Below, one piece after another: positions 20,606 to 30,789 of a stretch of 64,000 nucleotides of DNA. The translations under genes were made by a program, and so were the position numbers. The notes below the pieces were generated by a model, which was not told the origin of the DNA, made no database searches, and saw only the letters and a list, made by a program, of their open reading frames with translations. The DNA lies in contig PUNG01000152.1 in the NCBI GenBank assembly GCA_003551675.1, forward strand, positions 5,377 to 69,376, written 5' to 3'. Every line of letters starts with the position of its first letter. The stretch's first letter is position 1. Source of the DNA: Thermoplasmata archaeon. GTDB lineage: Archaea > Thermoplasmatota > Thermoplasmata > Halarchaeoplasmatales > Halarchaeoplasmataceae.

Positions 20606-21205
20606 ATGAGTAAAACAGGAAAGTACCGTTCTCTAGATCTCGATGATAGCAACTCGAGGACAAAGGCCAATCCCTTCTTGAGAGTGATCGCTTTTTTTAT
20701 AGACGTGGTGATGATCAGGCTCGTTGTGGAGTTTGTAGCGTTTTCTCTGGCCCGGGCAGAATTGATCTCTGAAAGATGGATGGACGTAGTCGGAGGATAC
20801 CTAAGAGAAGGTCTAGCTCCATTACGAGGGGGTGCCATGAGTAGGGAAGAGATACTCATCATAACATCCACCGAGGACCTAACGGTACATATCCTCTACA
20901 GTGCTTTGTTTTTGATGTATTTTATTTTACTGGAGTCCAGGTACGGCTGGGGTCAGACAATCGGGAAGAAGATCTTGAGCATGGAAGTTTTAGACCGACA
21001 CAGCAAAAAGATATCCTTGAAGGAATCATCTTTACGGAACATCCCCAAGTACGTACTCCGCATACCGGTAGTGGGAGTTTTTTTTGGCTTGTTCGAGTTG
21101 TTTCTGATGTTCTATTACCTCAAACGAACAGGCGATATCTTGGCGAACACCGACGTGGTTTCACAGTATGGAAAAGGCTTGCTAGGACGGATCTTCTCTA
21201 GATAG
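20606..21205 (+). CDS. RDD-family membrane protein (tentative)
   Basis: The N-terminus ANPFLRVIAFFIDVVMIRLV resembles the RDD-domain start. There are 3-4 TM helices. Confidence 0.45.
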   Translation: MSKTGKYRSLDLDDSNSRTKANPFLRVIAFFIDVVMIRLVVEFVAFSLARAELISERWMDVVGGYLREGLAPLRGGAMSREEILIITSTEDLTVHILYSALFLMYFILLESRYGWGQTIGKKILSMEVLDRHSKKISLKESSLRNIPKYVLRIPVVGVFFGLFELFLMFYYLKRTGDILANTDVVSQYGKGLLGRIFSR

Positions 21206-21725
21206 AACTCTCTATAGAAAGAGCTCTTATGATAAAGTAGACTATAAAGAAAATTCCTGAGGAAAAGGCCACCATGAGTAGTATCTCGACCATGGGGCTC
21301 ACATCTATCCCAAGAGGACTGTACATACCTACCAGCGATGCAACTATCGCAAGAAAAGCCGCAATAAAAAGTCTGCCCGATATATCAATCGAAACGGCTC
21401 TTTTGAAAGAGACTAAACTATCTACCTCACCTATCTCCGAGACCAAGTTGTCCTCGATACCACTGATATATATCAAGTTTCTAACGTAGAACCAGATGCC
21501 AACGAATAAGAAGAAAAAACCTATGACCGATGATAAGTTGAGAAGGTTTGGATACAATCCGTGGTTGACAAAAAATAAGGAGAGTATGGAGGATAGGATC
21601 CCGATATCCAAAAGAAAGATGCTCTTCAGGTTGTAAGCTAGTATAACGAAGCAGCCGAATAAGATGGGTAAGAACCAGTAATGGGAATGTAAAGAAAAAA
21701 CACTGGCTAGGATAGCCACTGCCAA
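21198..21725 (-). CDS. Polytopic membrane protein (module gene D, copy 2)
   Basis: Paralogue of 12754..13305. Confidence 0.5.
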   Translation of the reverse strand: MAVAILASVFSLHSHYWFLPILFGCFVILAYNLKSIFLLDIGILSSILSLFFVNHGLYPNLLNLSSVIGFFFLFVGIWFYVRNLIYISGIEDNLVSEIGEVDSLVSFKRAVSIDISGRLFIAAFLAIVASLVGMYSPLGIDVSPMVEILLMVAFSSGIFFIVYFIIRALSIESSI

Positions 21726-21751
21726 GACCAGCAGCGAAACAAAGATATCTC

Positions 21752-23077
21752 TTATCTTCGCTTGTATCTTAACACCTCCTCCAAAGTCGGTTCTAGAGGC
21801 TCTCTAGGGTCCCAGTCCACCACGATGGCTCCGTGGGTCCAGAGCTTGTCTAACAGATGCTGCCTTTCCGCGTGGTGCAGCTTTTCGGCCAGACCTTCAT
21901 AATTATCCGTGAGATCCATCTCGATCTTGAGGGGGTCTGGAGAGATGACCATCACGTCGTATTCTCTCATACAAAGATCGATCATGGTCTCGCTGAATTT
22001 TGAAACCGTCAACGGAGAGATAAAGATAATCATGCTCTTTCTCGGAAAAAGATCCTCTAGGATCCATTTTACTCCCTCCATCCCCCAGCCGCCGCCCTCC
22101 TCGAATTTCGTAAGGTTCGCGATTATACGATGATAGTGATTTTTACCGGTACTAGGGTACAGCCAATTAAGATAACTGCCCGAAACTATCAATCCCACAC
22201 GGTGTCTAGATGAAAGAAGAACTGAGGCTAGACTTGCGGTTGCATCTATGGACGCCTTCATGGTATTATGTTCCATGGTTCCTATCATACCTTCTTGGTA
22301 GCCATCTACAACCAATATCACGTCTCCGCTTTTTTCGCCTTCGTATGCGTTGGTCTTGGGGTCCAAGTATCTAGCCGTGGCCTTCCAATTGATGTCTTTT
22401 AAGCCGTCTCCCGGATGGTATTCGCGGAGAGCAAAAAATTCACTACCGAAGCCTATGTTTTTAGACTTAGTATCTCCTAACCAGTGCTTGGTGTAGCTTG
22501 GAGCAATGCTCACTTTCTCCATATCTTCGGTTTTAGGTAATACTTGAAGATCTATCTTTTTTCTTGGCTCCAATACCCTGGAAAAAAGACAAAGACCGTC
22601 TCTGTATCTCAACTTTATGGGCCCCACTTCAAAATTTCCTGTGACTGGACATTTTATCTTATAATCGAACTCGAAGACATCATTTGCTTTTATCGTACAG
22701 ATGTGGTGGTTGGTTCCCTCCGAAACTTCGATCCGCGGTGGAAGAACATCATGCACCTCCAAAAAGCGTATCTCGTCTCCCTTGTTTTTGATCTTTATCT
22801 TCAGTCGGAGTTCGCCTTCAACGTGAACTTCCCTCGCTTCATGCCGGGAACCCCTTTCCACTTCGATATGAAGGTTTTTAGGAGGTAGTGACCCCACGGC
22901 CACGACTAAAATTGCTACTGAACAGATGGTGCCTATGAAAAAGATCCAACTACCTAAAAGATTGCCGAATATGATCCCCGCAACCGCCAAGAGCACTATG
23001 TAAAGGAACGGCCTCCCTTTTTTCGTCTCTCCATCTACCCCCATCTGTCGATCCTCTCCATGATCTCTGATAACCAT
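21752..23077 (-). CDS. DUF58-family (vWA-like) protein (module gene C, copy 2)
   Basis: SEFFALREYHPGDGLKDINWKATARYLDPKTNAYEGEKSGDVILVVDG; about 60% identical to copy 1. Confidence 0.7.
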   Translation of the reverse strand: MVIRDHGEDRQMGVDGETKKGRPFLYIVLLAVAGIIFGNLLGSWIFFIGTICSVAILVVAVGSLPPKNLHIEVERGSRHEAREVHVEGELRLKIKIKNKGDEIRFLEVHDVLPPRIEVSEGTNHHICTIKANDVFEFDYKIKCPVTGNFEVGPIKLRYRDGLCLFSRVLEPRKKIDLQVLPKTEDMEKVSIAPSYTKHWLGDTKSKNIGFGSEFFALREYHPGDGLKDINWKATARYLDPKTNAYEGEKSGDVILVVDGYQEGMIGTMEHNTMKASIDATASLASVLLSSRHRVGLIVSGSYLNWLYPSTGKNHYHRIIANLTKFEEGGGWGMEGVKWILEDLFPRKSMIIFISPLTVSKFSETMIDLCMREYDVMVISPDPLKIEMDLTDNYEGLAEKLHHAERQHLLDKLWTHGAIVVDWDPREPLEPTLEEVLRYKRR

Positions 23078-23577
23078 TCTTCGTATTCCTCGTCTTCCCT
23101 AACATCCTCTTCTGCATCGTCCTCGTCGGCTAGTACGAAATCAGCCAGGGTGTCGTCCTTCACCACGTCTCTAAATTTATCAGGGTACCGGATAAGTTTA
23201 TTCACTTCGTCTCTGGATAGATTTCTTTCAACTTGCAGTTTGCTTAAAAAAATATCTTTTATCTTTCTTTCTAAAAGACCGCGGCTGACCCGCATCCCTT
23301 TAGACGCTCTTTTGACCAGGTTGGAAGTGTTCCCCAATCTAATATCTATCTCCTCTTTCAGAACTTCTTCGTGTTTCCAGATATCCTCGTCTTCCGTAAT
23401 TTCTCTCGCCCAGAGAACCAGGTTCATCCCCATGAGGAACAATATGAACATGGCTGAGAAATATCGTAGTAGTCCTTCCGAACCGACGGTAAAAACGGTT
23501 AAAACTAGGATGAAAAAACCGCTCAAGATATAGTATGATCTGTTCTTTTTATGGCCGAGACTATTCACGGCGTTCAT
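23035..23577 (-). CDS. Module gene B, copy 2 (2-TM plus cytoplasmic helical domain)
   Basis: Paralogue of 14635..15258. Confidence 0.5.
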   Translation of the reverse strand: MNAVNSLGHKKNRSYYILSGFFILVLTVFTVGSEGLLRYFSAMFILFLMGMNLVLWAREITEDEDIWKHEEVLKEEIDIRLGNTSNLVKRASKGMRVSRGLLERKIKDIFLSKLQVERNLSRDEVNKLIRYPDKFRDVVKDDTLADFVLADEDDAEEDVREDEEYEEWLSEIMERIDRWG

Positions 23578-24512
23578 CCCAATTCCTCCTGTATATCCTT
23601 CAGAGTCCTTACAGCTCGATCCCTTTCTTTTTCACCGAGTTCATGCTGGCTGTACTTTGCGATCTCGAACAATTTCCTGATCTCTGTTATTTTAGAGGCG
23701 GATACGTGTATGTTGTTGATAGCTCTTTTTTCGAACTCTCTAGGTGTGGTGAACTCAGTATCTTTCAAACCTTTCTTTTCAAGTATATTACACATCCTTT
23801 GATAGCATCTCAATATGGTGGATTTTACATCTTTTCCTTTGTGAAGCTCTTTGATGGCTTCATCTACAGTAGATGATATATCGTATTCTATATCTTTTTC
23901 AGATCCCTCCTCCTCGGATTTACGGAGTAAAGGTATCACTCTCTGCACCAATAAGAAGAGCAGTACCGCCGCGATCAAAAGTACGAGTATGAACGTGCCC
24001 ATACTACCGAATGCATGTTCTACCATGGCTCTAGAGTTATCCCAGGGGAGTGAAAGTCCCTCTCCGTTCCCCTCTGTTTGGATCGGGATCAGATCTCCTC
24101 CTGTTCCGAAATAGGTGACGATCAAAAGTAAAAGGCCTCCCAAAGCTATCACAACAAAATAGGCCGACATCCCTTTCTGTCCCAGCCCCTTCCAATACAT
24201 CAGAGCCAAAAGGAATATGGTGATGATTATCACCGAAGGCCAAAGTATCCCGTATCTCAGAAAAAGATAAGGTGCGAGTCCCATGGCCACAAGGCTACCT
24301 GAGACCATCAAAATAGTGGGAGACTTACTCTTCAAAACTATAAAGAGCGGCACGATCAATAACGGTAAATAGATCCACAACCAGGATATGGTGAAATCGA
24401 AGGTCTGTGTGTCCTCATCTAGTGTGGGTGATAAAGACATCACATTACCTATGCTCCAGGAAGCAAAAAGAAAGAGGATCAAGATCAATCCGGTCAATGT
24501 TTTTCTATCCAT
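23574..24512 (-). CDS. DUF4129-like membrane protein (module gene A, copy 2)
   Basis: C-terminal DEAIKELHKGKDVKSTILRCYQRM...TPREFEKRA...FEIAKYSQHELGEKE is paralogous to 15262..16239. Confidence 0.6.
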   Translation of the reverse strand: MDRKTLTGLILILFLFASWSIGNVMSLSPTLDEDTQTFDFTISWLWIYLPLLIVPLFIVLKSKSPTILMVSGSLVAMGLAPYLFLRYGILWPSVIIITIFLLALMYWKGLGQKGMSAYFVVIALGGLLLLIVTYFGTGGDLIPIQTEGNGEGLSLPWDNSRAMVEHAFGSMGTFILVLLIAAVLLFLLVQRVIPLLRKSEEEGSEKDIEYDISSTVDEAIKELHKGKDVKSTILRCYQRMCNILEKKGLKDTEFTTPREFEKRAINNIHVSASKITEIRKLFEIAKYSQHELGEKERDRAVRTLKDIQEELG

Positions 24513-24584
24513 GTGACGTGACCGATATCATATGATGATCCCTTGAACTTTAATCTTTCCCCACTGATCATTTCAAACCCATGT

Positions 24585-25247
24585 TCAACCGATCTTCTTA
24601 CGTGCGAAGTACTTCGGTAAGAAAACTACGACTCCGTATACCGCTGTGAAAACTACTGCACCGAACAGGAGTATGATAAATGTGGCAAGATCAGGGGAAA
24701 AAGGTCCCACGAAACTATAGATGGCTACGACTCCTCCCAACGAAGCTACGACGAATCCCCAAAACAAAGACCACAGGTGATAATGTGCGGAATGTCTTTT
24801 GTATTCCTGAAGAAGATCCGTCTCTCCGTCTCCCTGCATATCTTTTTCTATCTCTCCGATCAACGATGCTCTTCTCATGAATGACCATGCACCAAAATAT
24901 AGGATGAACATGGTCAAAATAAAGATGAGATTAGCAGGGTTTAGTGAGATATAACGGACGAAGTAGAAAAAGGACGAAGCCGAAGCGAGGATACTCACAT
25001 CCACTGCAATTTTTATTTCCCGGTAGAATCCGATGATACCTACAGAACCACTTACCAGAGGAAACCACCATCCAGAAGTATCGTAAGATACCGCGGAGGC
25101 TAATAGACAGATGGTGAAGACGAACACGCCTAGTAAGATCTTATCAATTTTCAGCCTCCACTCATCTTCCAATATCTTATCACCTCCTCTAAAGACGCCT
25201 CTAAAGGTTCGTTGGGATCCCAGTCCACTACCACGCTGTATTTCCAC
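24585..25247 (-). CDS. Polytopic membrane protein (module gene D-like, copy 3, more divergent)
   Basis: 220 aa with about 5-6 TM helices, in the same position and orientation as gene D in copies 1 and 2. Similarity is weak. Confidence 0.4.
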   Translation of the reverse strand: MEIQRGSGLGSQRTFRGVFRGGDKILEDEWRLKIDKILLGVFVFTICLLASAVSYDTSGWWFPLVSGSVGIIGFYREIKIAVDVSILASASSFFYFVRYISLNPANLIFILTMFILYFGAWSFMRRASLIGEIEKDMQGDGETDLLQEYKRHSAHYHLWSLFWGFVVASLGGVVAIYSFVGPFSPDLATFIILLFGAVVFTAVYGVVVFLPKYFARKKIG

Positions 25248-26422
25248 AGCTTTTCTAGGATGATATCTCTTTCAAGCCGTGTGAGCTCTTCAGCTAACAA
25301 GTTATGTTCTTTCATGATCTCTTTCTGGATCACCAACGGGTTAGGCGATATCACCATGATATTATATTCCCTCATGCAGATATCGATTATCGTTTCGCTC
25401 ACCTTTTTGGAGAGCAGAGGGGATATGAATATGATCATACTCCTGTTAGGGAAAAACCGCCTCAAAAGCCACCTCGCATCTTTTAGTTTCCAATGACCTC
25501 CTTTTTCCACCTCGCTCAGATGCTCCATTATCTTATAAAATTGATCTCTCCCCGTCTCCGGATAGAGCCAATTCAGATAGTCGCCTAAGATGATCAGACC
25601 TACTCTGTTCCTGTCCGCGAGTATAGACGAGGCAAGGGAGCCGGCGGCTTGAATGGTCGCATCGAGAGTATTGATATCCGAGTTGCCTATGTTTCCCAAC
25701 CTATGTCCATCTACTACGATGATCACATCTCCTGATTTTTCACCGACGAATTCGTTGGTCATGGGTTCAAGAAATCTTGCACTAGCTTTCCAATTTATCT
25801 TTCTTATTTCATCGTCCACCATGTACTCTCTAAGGGAAAAAAATTCCGTACCTATCCCCATATGCTGTGACCCTATATTTCCCATCCACTTCTTCGTGTA
25901 TAAGGGTCTTACATTTACACTCTCCATGTCCTGTACTTTTGGCAGGACGAAGAGTTTCATCAATTTGTTGCTGGTCCATTCCTCAACATAGTAGTTAAGA
26001 GGATCTCTGTATCTGATCTCGATAGGACCTACTTTGATATCCCCTCTTTTAGGACATTTTATCTTGTAGCGGATGGTTTTCTCTTCTTTTTCATCCAATC
26101 TCAAAACCTGGTGATTTGATCCTTTTATAACCTTCACGTTAGAAGGAAGTGAATCGTATATCTCGATATAGTTCAGTGCAGAGCCATGATTCTTGACTGA
26201 CAGTTCGACCCATACATGGTCTCCTTCGTACAAACTCATCTTTTCAGATTTTCTTTCGGCTTTCAATTTGACGTCGCCTTTTAAAGCACCTCTGTTTCCA
26301 ACGGCCAGCATGGAAAAATTAGCGATGGCTAAGATGAGAAAAACCCAACTATCTAGGATCATACCGATGATAAGCGATAGGATGGTGACGGCGATCAGGC
26401 TGAAACTAGTGATCGATCTCAT
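25151..26422 (-). CDS. DUF58-family (vWA-like) protein (module gene C, copy 3)
   Basis: TEFFSLREYMVDDEIRKINWKASARFLEPMTNEFVGEKSGDVIIVVDG. Confidence 0.7.
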   Translation of the reverse strand: MRSITSFSLIAVTILSLIIGMILDSWVFLILAIANFSMLAVGNRGALKGDVKLKAERKSEKMSLYEGDHVWVELSVKNHGSALNYIEIYDSLPSNVKVIKGSNHQVLRLDEKEEKTIRYKIKCPKRGDIKVGPIEIRYRDPLNYYVEEWTSNKLMKLFVLPKVQDMESVNVRPLYTKKWMGNIGSQHMGIGTEFFSLREYMVDDEIRKINWKASARFLEPMTNEFVGEKSGDVIIVVDGHRLGNIGNSDINTLDATIQAAGSLASSILADRNRVGLIILGDYLNWLYPETGRDQFYKIMEHLSEVEKGGHWKLKDARWLLRRFFPNRSMIIFISPLLSKKVSETIIDICMREYNIMVISPNPLVIQKEIMKEHNLLAEELTRLERDIILEKLWKYSVVVDWDPNEPLEASLEEVIRYWKMSGG

Positions 26423-27087
26423 ACTTCATCCCCCCTCCATCCCGAGACCTTCTCCATCACGTCTTTCATCTTTTTTTCATAGGCGCTGTCCTTCTTCTTA
26501 TTCACATCCTCAGAGCGAGATAACAGATGGAAACCGTTTACTCTTTCGTCCTCTTTTCCAACGATATCTTCGATTTTTTTACTGTTAAGCAAAAAGTCTA
26601 CTAGAGTTTCGTCTTCGACTATCTTTCTCAAATCATCCTCATTTTTCAAAAGTTCTTTTATATCCCCCTCCGACATGTCTTTTTTTTCCTTGATCTTCTC
26701 CACCAAATCCCTTTTCAACCGTTTCTCTATCAAGGTTTGGCTCAGTTCCAACCCTTTCAGTGCCCTATCCATCCTACCAGACATCCTCTCCAACGGCAAA
26801 TTTTGGACTTTATCCTCACCTTGGGGTCTTCTCCATGTTGAGATGATGTTGACGTCTTTCGAGGCGGTAAATATTATATGTGATCCTATCCAACTCAGCA
26901 GGAGCATCGTGACGAACCGTTGTAAGTATCCCCCTGAAAACAGGAGTATTATCATCAAAGCCACACCTACGAAAAGAAATAAGAGAGGAGGCCCCATAAT
27001 ATCTCTTCTCTCCAGACCTGTTTTTTGCACCCATTCCGGTTTTAGATGCAGCCTTTCGACTGTGATTTCTCCTCCAGCATCCGTCAT
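26419..27087 (-). CDS. Module gene B, copy 3
   Basis: Paralogue of 14635..15258 and 23035..23577. Confidence 0.5.
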   Translation of the reverse strand: MTDAGGEITVERLHLKPEWVQKTGLERRDIMGPPLLFLFVGVALMIILLFSGGYLQRFVTMLLLSWIGSHIIFTASKDVNIISTWRRPQGEDKVQNLPLERMSGRMDRALKGLELSQTLIEKRLKRDLVEKIKEKKDMSEGDIKELLKNEDDLRKIVEDETLVDFLLNSKKIEDIVGKEDERVNGFHLLSRSEDVNKKKDSAYEKKMKDVMEKVSGWRGDEV

Positions 27088-27923
27088 AAGGATCCTCTCC
27101 TGAGTTCCTTTAGTTGCTGTAGAACTTTGCTTCTATGTGATTCATCCAGATCATGAGGACTGTATCTAGCTTCTTCAAACAGGTACGTTATATCCGAGAC
27201 CAGCTTTTCGGCCTTCGGCATCTTCTCTATAGTGTATTTTTTGAATTCCCTAGGAGTCATAGAATGATGGTTTTTAGCGCCTTTTTCTTCCAACAGCATG
27301 CTCATCTCTCTGTAGCAATTTATTATGGTAGTGCGGATTTCGCCGCCTCTATCTAGATCCGTGATAGCTTTGTCTAAAGTCGAATAGAAAGAGTCTTCGA
27401 TATCTTCCCTTTTTTTTAGCTCCTTCTTGGGTAAGCTGATATCTGTCTTTTCTCTCTCATCTTTACCGCCGGGGATATTCAGATATATATAATAGGTGAA
27501 CAGGGCTCCCAAGAGTAAAAGCAGCAGAACAAAGCCTATATCTAGAAGAAAGATCAGGGAGGGTACCTCGACTCCTAAAAAATATTCCAATCTCACCTGC
27601 ATCGCTAAAGGCCAAACTGCCAATACAACGAACAAAAGACCACCTATGGATGCAAAGATCCAAAATCCTAACAATAATAGTTCACTCACCATCATCCTAT
27701 CGTTACTTTCGGAACGAAGATATACGATGGATAAGTAAAGTATAGGCGTGGTTAAAAGCAAGATCATGCCGACTATAAATACCTCTTCAGGTACGCCAAG
27801 AAAAACGGGTTCGGAGTCCTGATCGACACTCATATCCATCAGATTGCCGATGAACCATGAAGATATAAGGACCACGAAGACGGACCATATCAATATCTTT
27901 TCACTTTTTAAATCCATGCGCAA
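27084..27923 (-). CDS. DUF4129-like membrane protein (module gene A, copy 3)
   Basis: C-terminal DKAITDLDRGGEIRTTIINCYREM...TPREFKKYT...FEEARYSPHDLDESH. Confidence 0.6.
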   Translation of the reverse strand: MRMDLKSEKILIWSVFVVLISSWFIGNLMDMSVDQDSEPVFLGVPEEVFIVGMILLLTTPILYLSIVYLRSESNDRMMVSELLLLGFWIFASIGGLLFVVLAVWPLAMQVRLEYFLGVEVPSLIFLLDIGFVLLLLLLGALFTYYIYLNIPGGKDEREKTDISLPKKELKKREDIEDSFYSTLDKAITDLDRGGEIRTTIINCYREMSMLLEEKGAKNHHSMTPREFKKYTIEKMPKAEKLVSDITYLFEEARYSPHDLDESHRSKVLQQLKELRRGSL

Positions 27924-27959
27924 TATTATAAATTTGAGATAGGGCTATTATACTTTTCC

Positions 27960-30788
27960 ATGGTAACCGCATCTCACATACCCGCCGAACATTTTATTTA
28001 TCCCGTTCCGAATCGATTAGATATCATGTTTGAAGAAGAGTACAGACTTGAATATTTCGAAGAGAACGCTTTCGTCAGAAAGGAGTGCACCAGCTGCGGC
28101 TCTTATTTTTGGACTTTGAACGAGGATATGGAAACTTGTCAGGACGCGCCCTGCACCGAATTCGGTTTCATAGGAGACCCTCCTACCAGTCGAACTTTTT
28201 CGGTTGAAGAGATGAGAAGTTTTTTCATCGATTTTTTTGCCCAGAGAGACCATACGCCTCTAGAAAGATATCCTGTGGTGGCCCGTTGGAGAGACGATGT
28301 TTTCTTAGTTCATGCAAGCATATATGATTTTCAACCCCATGTGACTTCTGGTCGAGTAAAGCCTCCGGCTAATCCTTTGGTGGTGTCTCAGCCCTGTATA
28401 AGATTACCCGACGTTGACGAAGTCGGGCGAACGGGTAAGCATCAGACGGCTTTCGAGATGATGGGGCATCATTCCTTCAACTCACCTGAAAATCAAGTGT
28501 ATTGGAAAGAGGAAACCGTTGAATATTGTCACGATCTGCTCAAAAAGATGGGAGTCCCTGAAAACTTGATCGCCTACAAAGAACATCCTTGGATCGGTGG
28601 GGGTAACGCAGGACCTTCTTTGGAAGTTAACGTACAGGGTCTCGAAGTAGCTACGTTGGTATTCATGAACCTCAAAAAAGACCCAAAGGGGGAAATAGAA
28701 TTGGACGGAGAGGGTTATTCTCCACTGAGGTTGAACGTCGTAGATACGGGATACGGCCTTGAACGCTTGGCCTGGATCAGCGGAGGTGAACCCACCATAT
28801 ACGATTCCGTTTACCCCAGGATGATACGATTTATCCTCGACGATATGGACATAGAGCATCCTTTGGATGATGAGGATTATAAACGCATGCTCACAGAATA
28901 TACCAACTTGGCGGGTACGTCCGATAAAGATTTTGAGGACCCGGATCTGATAGATGGATTGATGGACAGACTATCCTCCTTCTCGACAAGTATGGATAGA
29001 GATGAAGTAGTGGAACAGCTCTCAAAATTGAAATCGGTTTATACTTTGGCGGATCACAGCTATGCCGTGGCATTCATGTTATCCGACGGAGTCGTGCCTT
29101 CTAACGTTGAAGAGGGCTATCTGGCCAGGATGATGATCAGGAGAGCGCTGAGACAGATGGATCGACTCGGCACAACTCTTTCTTTACCTGAGTTGGTAGG
29201 TAAACAGATGGACCTGCATCCTGACGTAATAGATCAAAATAAAAAAGATATGGTCTTCGATATCCTAGAGAACGAGATAGAAAAGTACCGGATAACTTTA
29301 GAAAAGGGTAAGAGGATGGTGACCAGGGAGCTCGAAGGCATGGACAGTGAAGAACTTTCACTGGAAAGGCTGATAGACTTTTACGATACACATGGGATAC
29401 ATCCAACCATAGTCGAAGAGCTTGCGAAGGACTTTGAGATAAGTATAGATATACCTGACGATTTCAACGCCATGCTGGCGGAGCATCACCAGGGATCTGG
29501 AAAAAAGAAAGACGAAGTCGAGTCGGAAGAAAAGACAAAAGAGAGAAAATTAGATATCCCTGAAACAAAGATCATCTATTACGATAATCCAAATAGTAGG
29601 TCCTTCGAAGCCGTAGTATTACATTCCCAGGAGGGCGAAGTTTTTCTTGATCGAACACTGTTCTACCCTGAAGGTGGCGGACAACCATCGGATCATGGAG
29701 TTTTGACCACGGACGAGGCGAGCTATCCCGTGAACCACGTACGAAGAGAGAACGGTTTGATAGTCCATGAGATCGAAGGAACCATACCCAAGGGAGAAGT
29801 GGTTCAAGGGAGGATCGATTGGGAAAGGCGAAGTGCGCTTTCAAGACATCATTCTGCGACCCATCTTATAATCAGCGCCGCCAGGAAAGTGCTGGGTGAC
29901 CATATATGGCAGAGAGGCGCTCAAAAGGGCGTAAAAAGTGCTAGATTGGATATATCTCATCATAAGAGGATAACTAGGGACGAGTTAAAGGATATAGAGA
30001 AAATAGCGAACCAGGTAGTGCTGAAAGACGTTCCGGTAAGAAAGGAAGAATTGAGTAGAGACGAGGCGGAGCAAAGGTTCGGTTTTCAACTCTACCAGGG
30101 CGGAGTGCCGGAGAGCGAAGTCATCAGAGTTGTTCATATATCCGATGTAGAAGATTACGATGCCCAGGCCTGCGGTGGGACTCATGTAGAAAGTACCGCG
30201 GGGATCGGTGCCATAAAAGTGCTAAATACCCAGCGTATACAAGACGGGGTGGAAAGGCTGGAATACTCCGCAGGCATGGCTACCGTGGAGCACGTACAAC
30301 ACCAGGAGGACCTTCTCAAAAAGGCGGCCTCCAAGTTCAACGTGGAGCCCGAAAAACTTCCAGAAACTTCAGAACGTTTCTTCAAGGAGTGGAAGGAGCG
30401 GGGTAAACAGATAGAAGAGTTGAAGGAATACAGGTCCATCGCGACTGCCGAAGAGCTACTACCTGGAGACGAGATCGAAGGTGTTGAGTTCGTAGTGGAC
30501 TCGGTAGACATGAGTACCAAAGAGATGCTGTCTACCGCGGAACGTATCACCTCTGAAGAAGGGAGAGTAGTTTTACTCGCTTCAAAGGGTGAAAAAGTAG
30601 AGCTTGTCTTTTCACGGAGCGACGATATAGACTTGAACATGGTAAAGATCTTAAATAGGGCCGCAAAGGAGATCAACGGCGGCGGCGGTGGGTCACCCAA
30701 GACCGCCCAGGGCGGTGGAAACAAGCCAGAAGGCAGAGACGCCGCTCTGAAGAAAGCCAAGTCGTTTGTCCTGGAAGGATTGAGGTAA
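27960..30788 (+). CDS. alaS: Alanyl-tRNA synthetase, archaeal type
   Basis: 942 aa. The N-terminal catalytic region reads FFAQRDHTPLERYPVV. The editing domain carries HSATHLI...CGGTHV (HxxxH/CxxxH). The true start may be an internal Met (MFEEEYRLEYF at about 28024). Confidence 0.9.
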   Translation: MVTASHIPAEHFIYPVPNRLDIMFEEEYRLEYFEENAFVRKECTSCGSYFWTLNEDMETCQDAPCTEFGFIGDPPTSRTFSVEEMRSFFIDFFAQRDHTPLERYPVVARWRDDVFLVHASIYDFQPHVTSGRVKPPANPLVVSQPCIRLPDVDEVGRTGKHQTAFEMMGHHSFNSPENQVYWKEETVEYCHDLLKKMGVPENLIAYKEHPWIGGGNAGPSLEVNVQGLEVATLVFMNLKKDPKGEIELDGEGYSPLRLNVVDTGYGLERLAWISGGEPTIYDSVYPRMIRFILDDMDIEHPLDDEDYKRMLTEYTNLAGTSDKDFEDPDLIDGLMDRLSSFSTSMDRDEVVEQLSKLKSVYTLADHSYAVAFMLSDGVVPSNVEEGYLARMMIRRALRQMDRLGTTLSLPELVGKQMDLHPDVIDQNKKDMVFDILENEIEKYRITLEKGKRMVTRELEGMDSEELSLERLIDFYDTHGIHPTIVEELAKDFEISIDIPDDFNAMLAEHHQGSGKKKDEVESEEKTKERKLDIPETKIIYYDNPNSRSFEAVVLHSQEGEVFLDRTLFYPEGGGQPSDHGVLTTDEASYPVNHVRRENGLIVHEIEGTIPKGEVVQGRIDWERRSALSRHHSATHLIISAARKVLGDHIWQRGAQKGVKSARLDISHHKRITRDELKDIEKIANQVVLKDVPVRKEELSRDEAEQRFGFQLYQGGVPESEVIRVVHISDVEDYDAQACGGTHVESTAGIGAIKVLNTQRIQDGVERLEYSAGMATVEHVQHQEDLLKKAASKFNVEPEKLPETSERFFKEWKERGKQIEELKEYRSIATAEELLPGDEIEGVEFVVDSVDMSTKEMLSTAERITSEEGRVVLLASKGEKVELVFSRSDDIDLNMVKILNRAAKEINGGGGGSPKTAQGGGNKPEGRDAALKKAKSFVLEGLR

Positions 30789-30789
30789 G

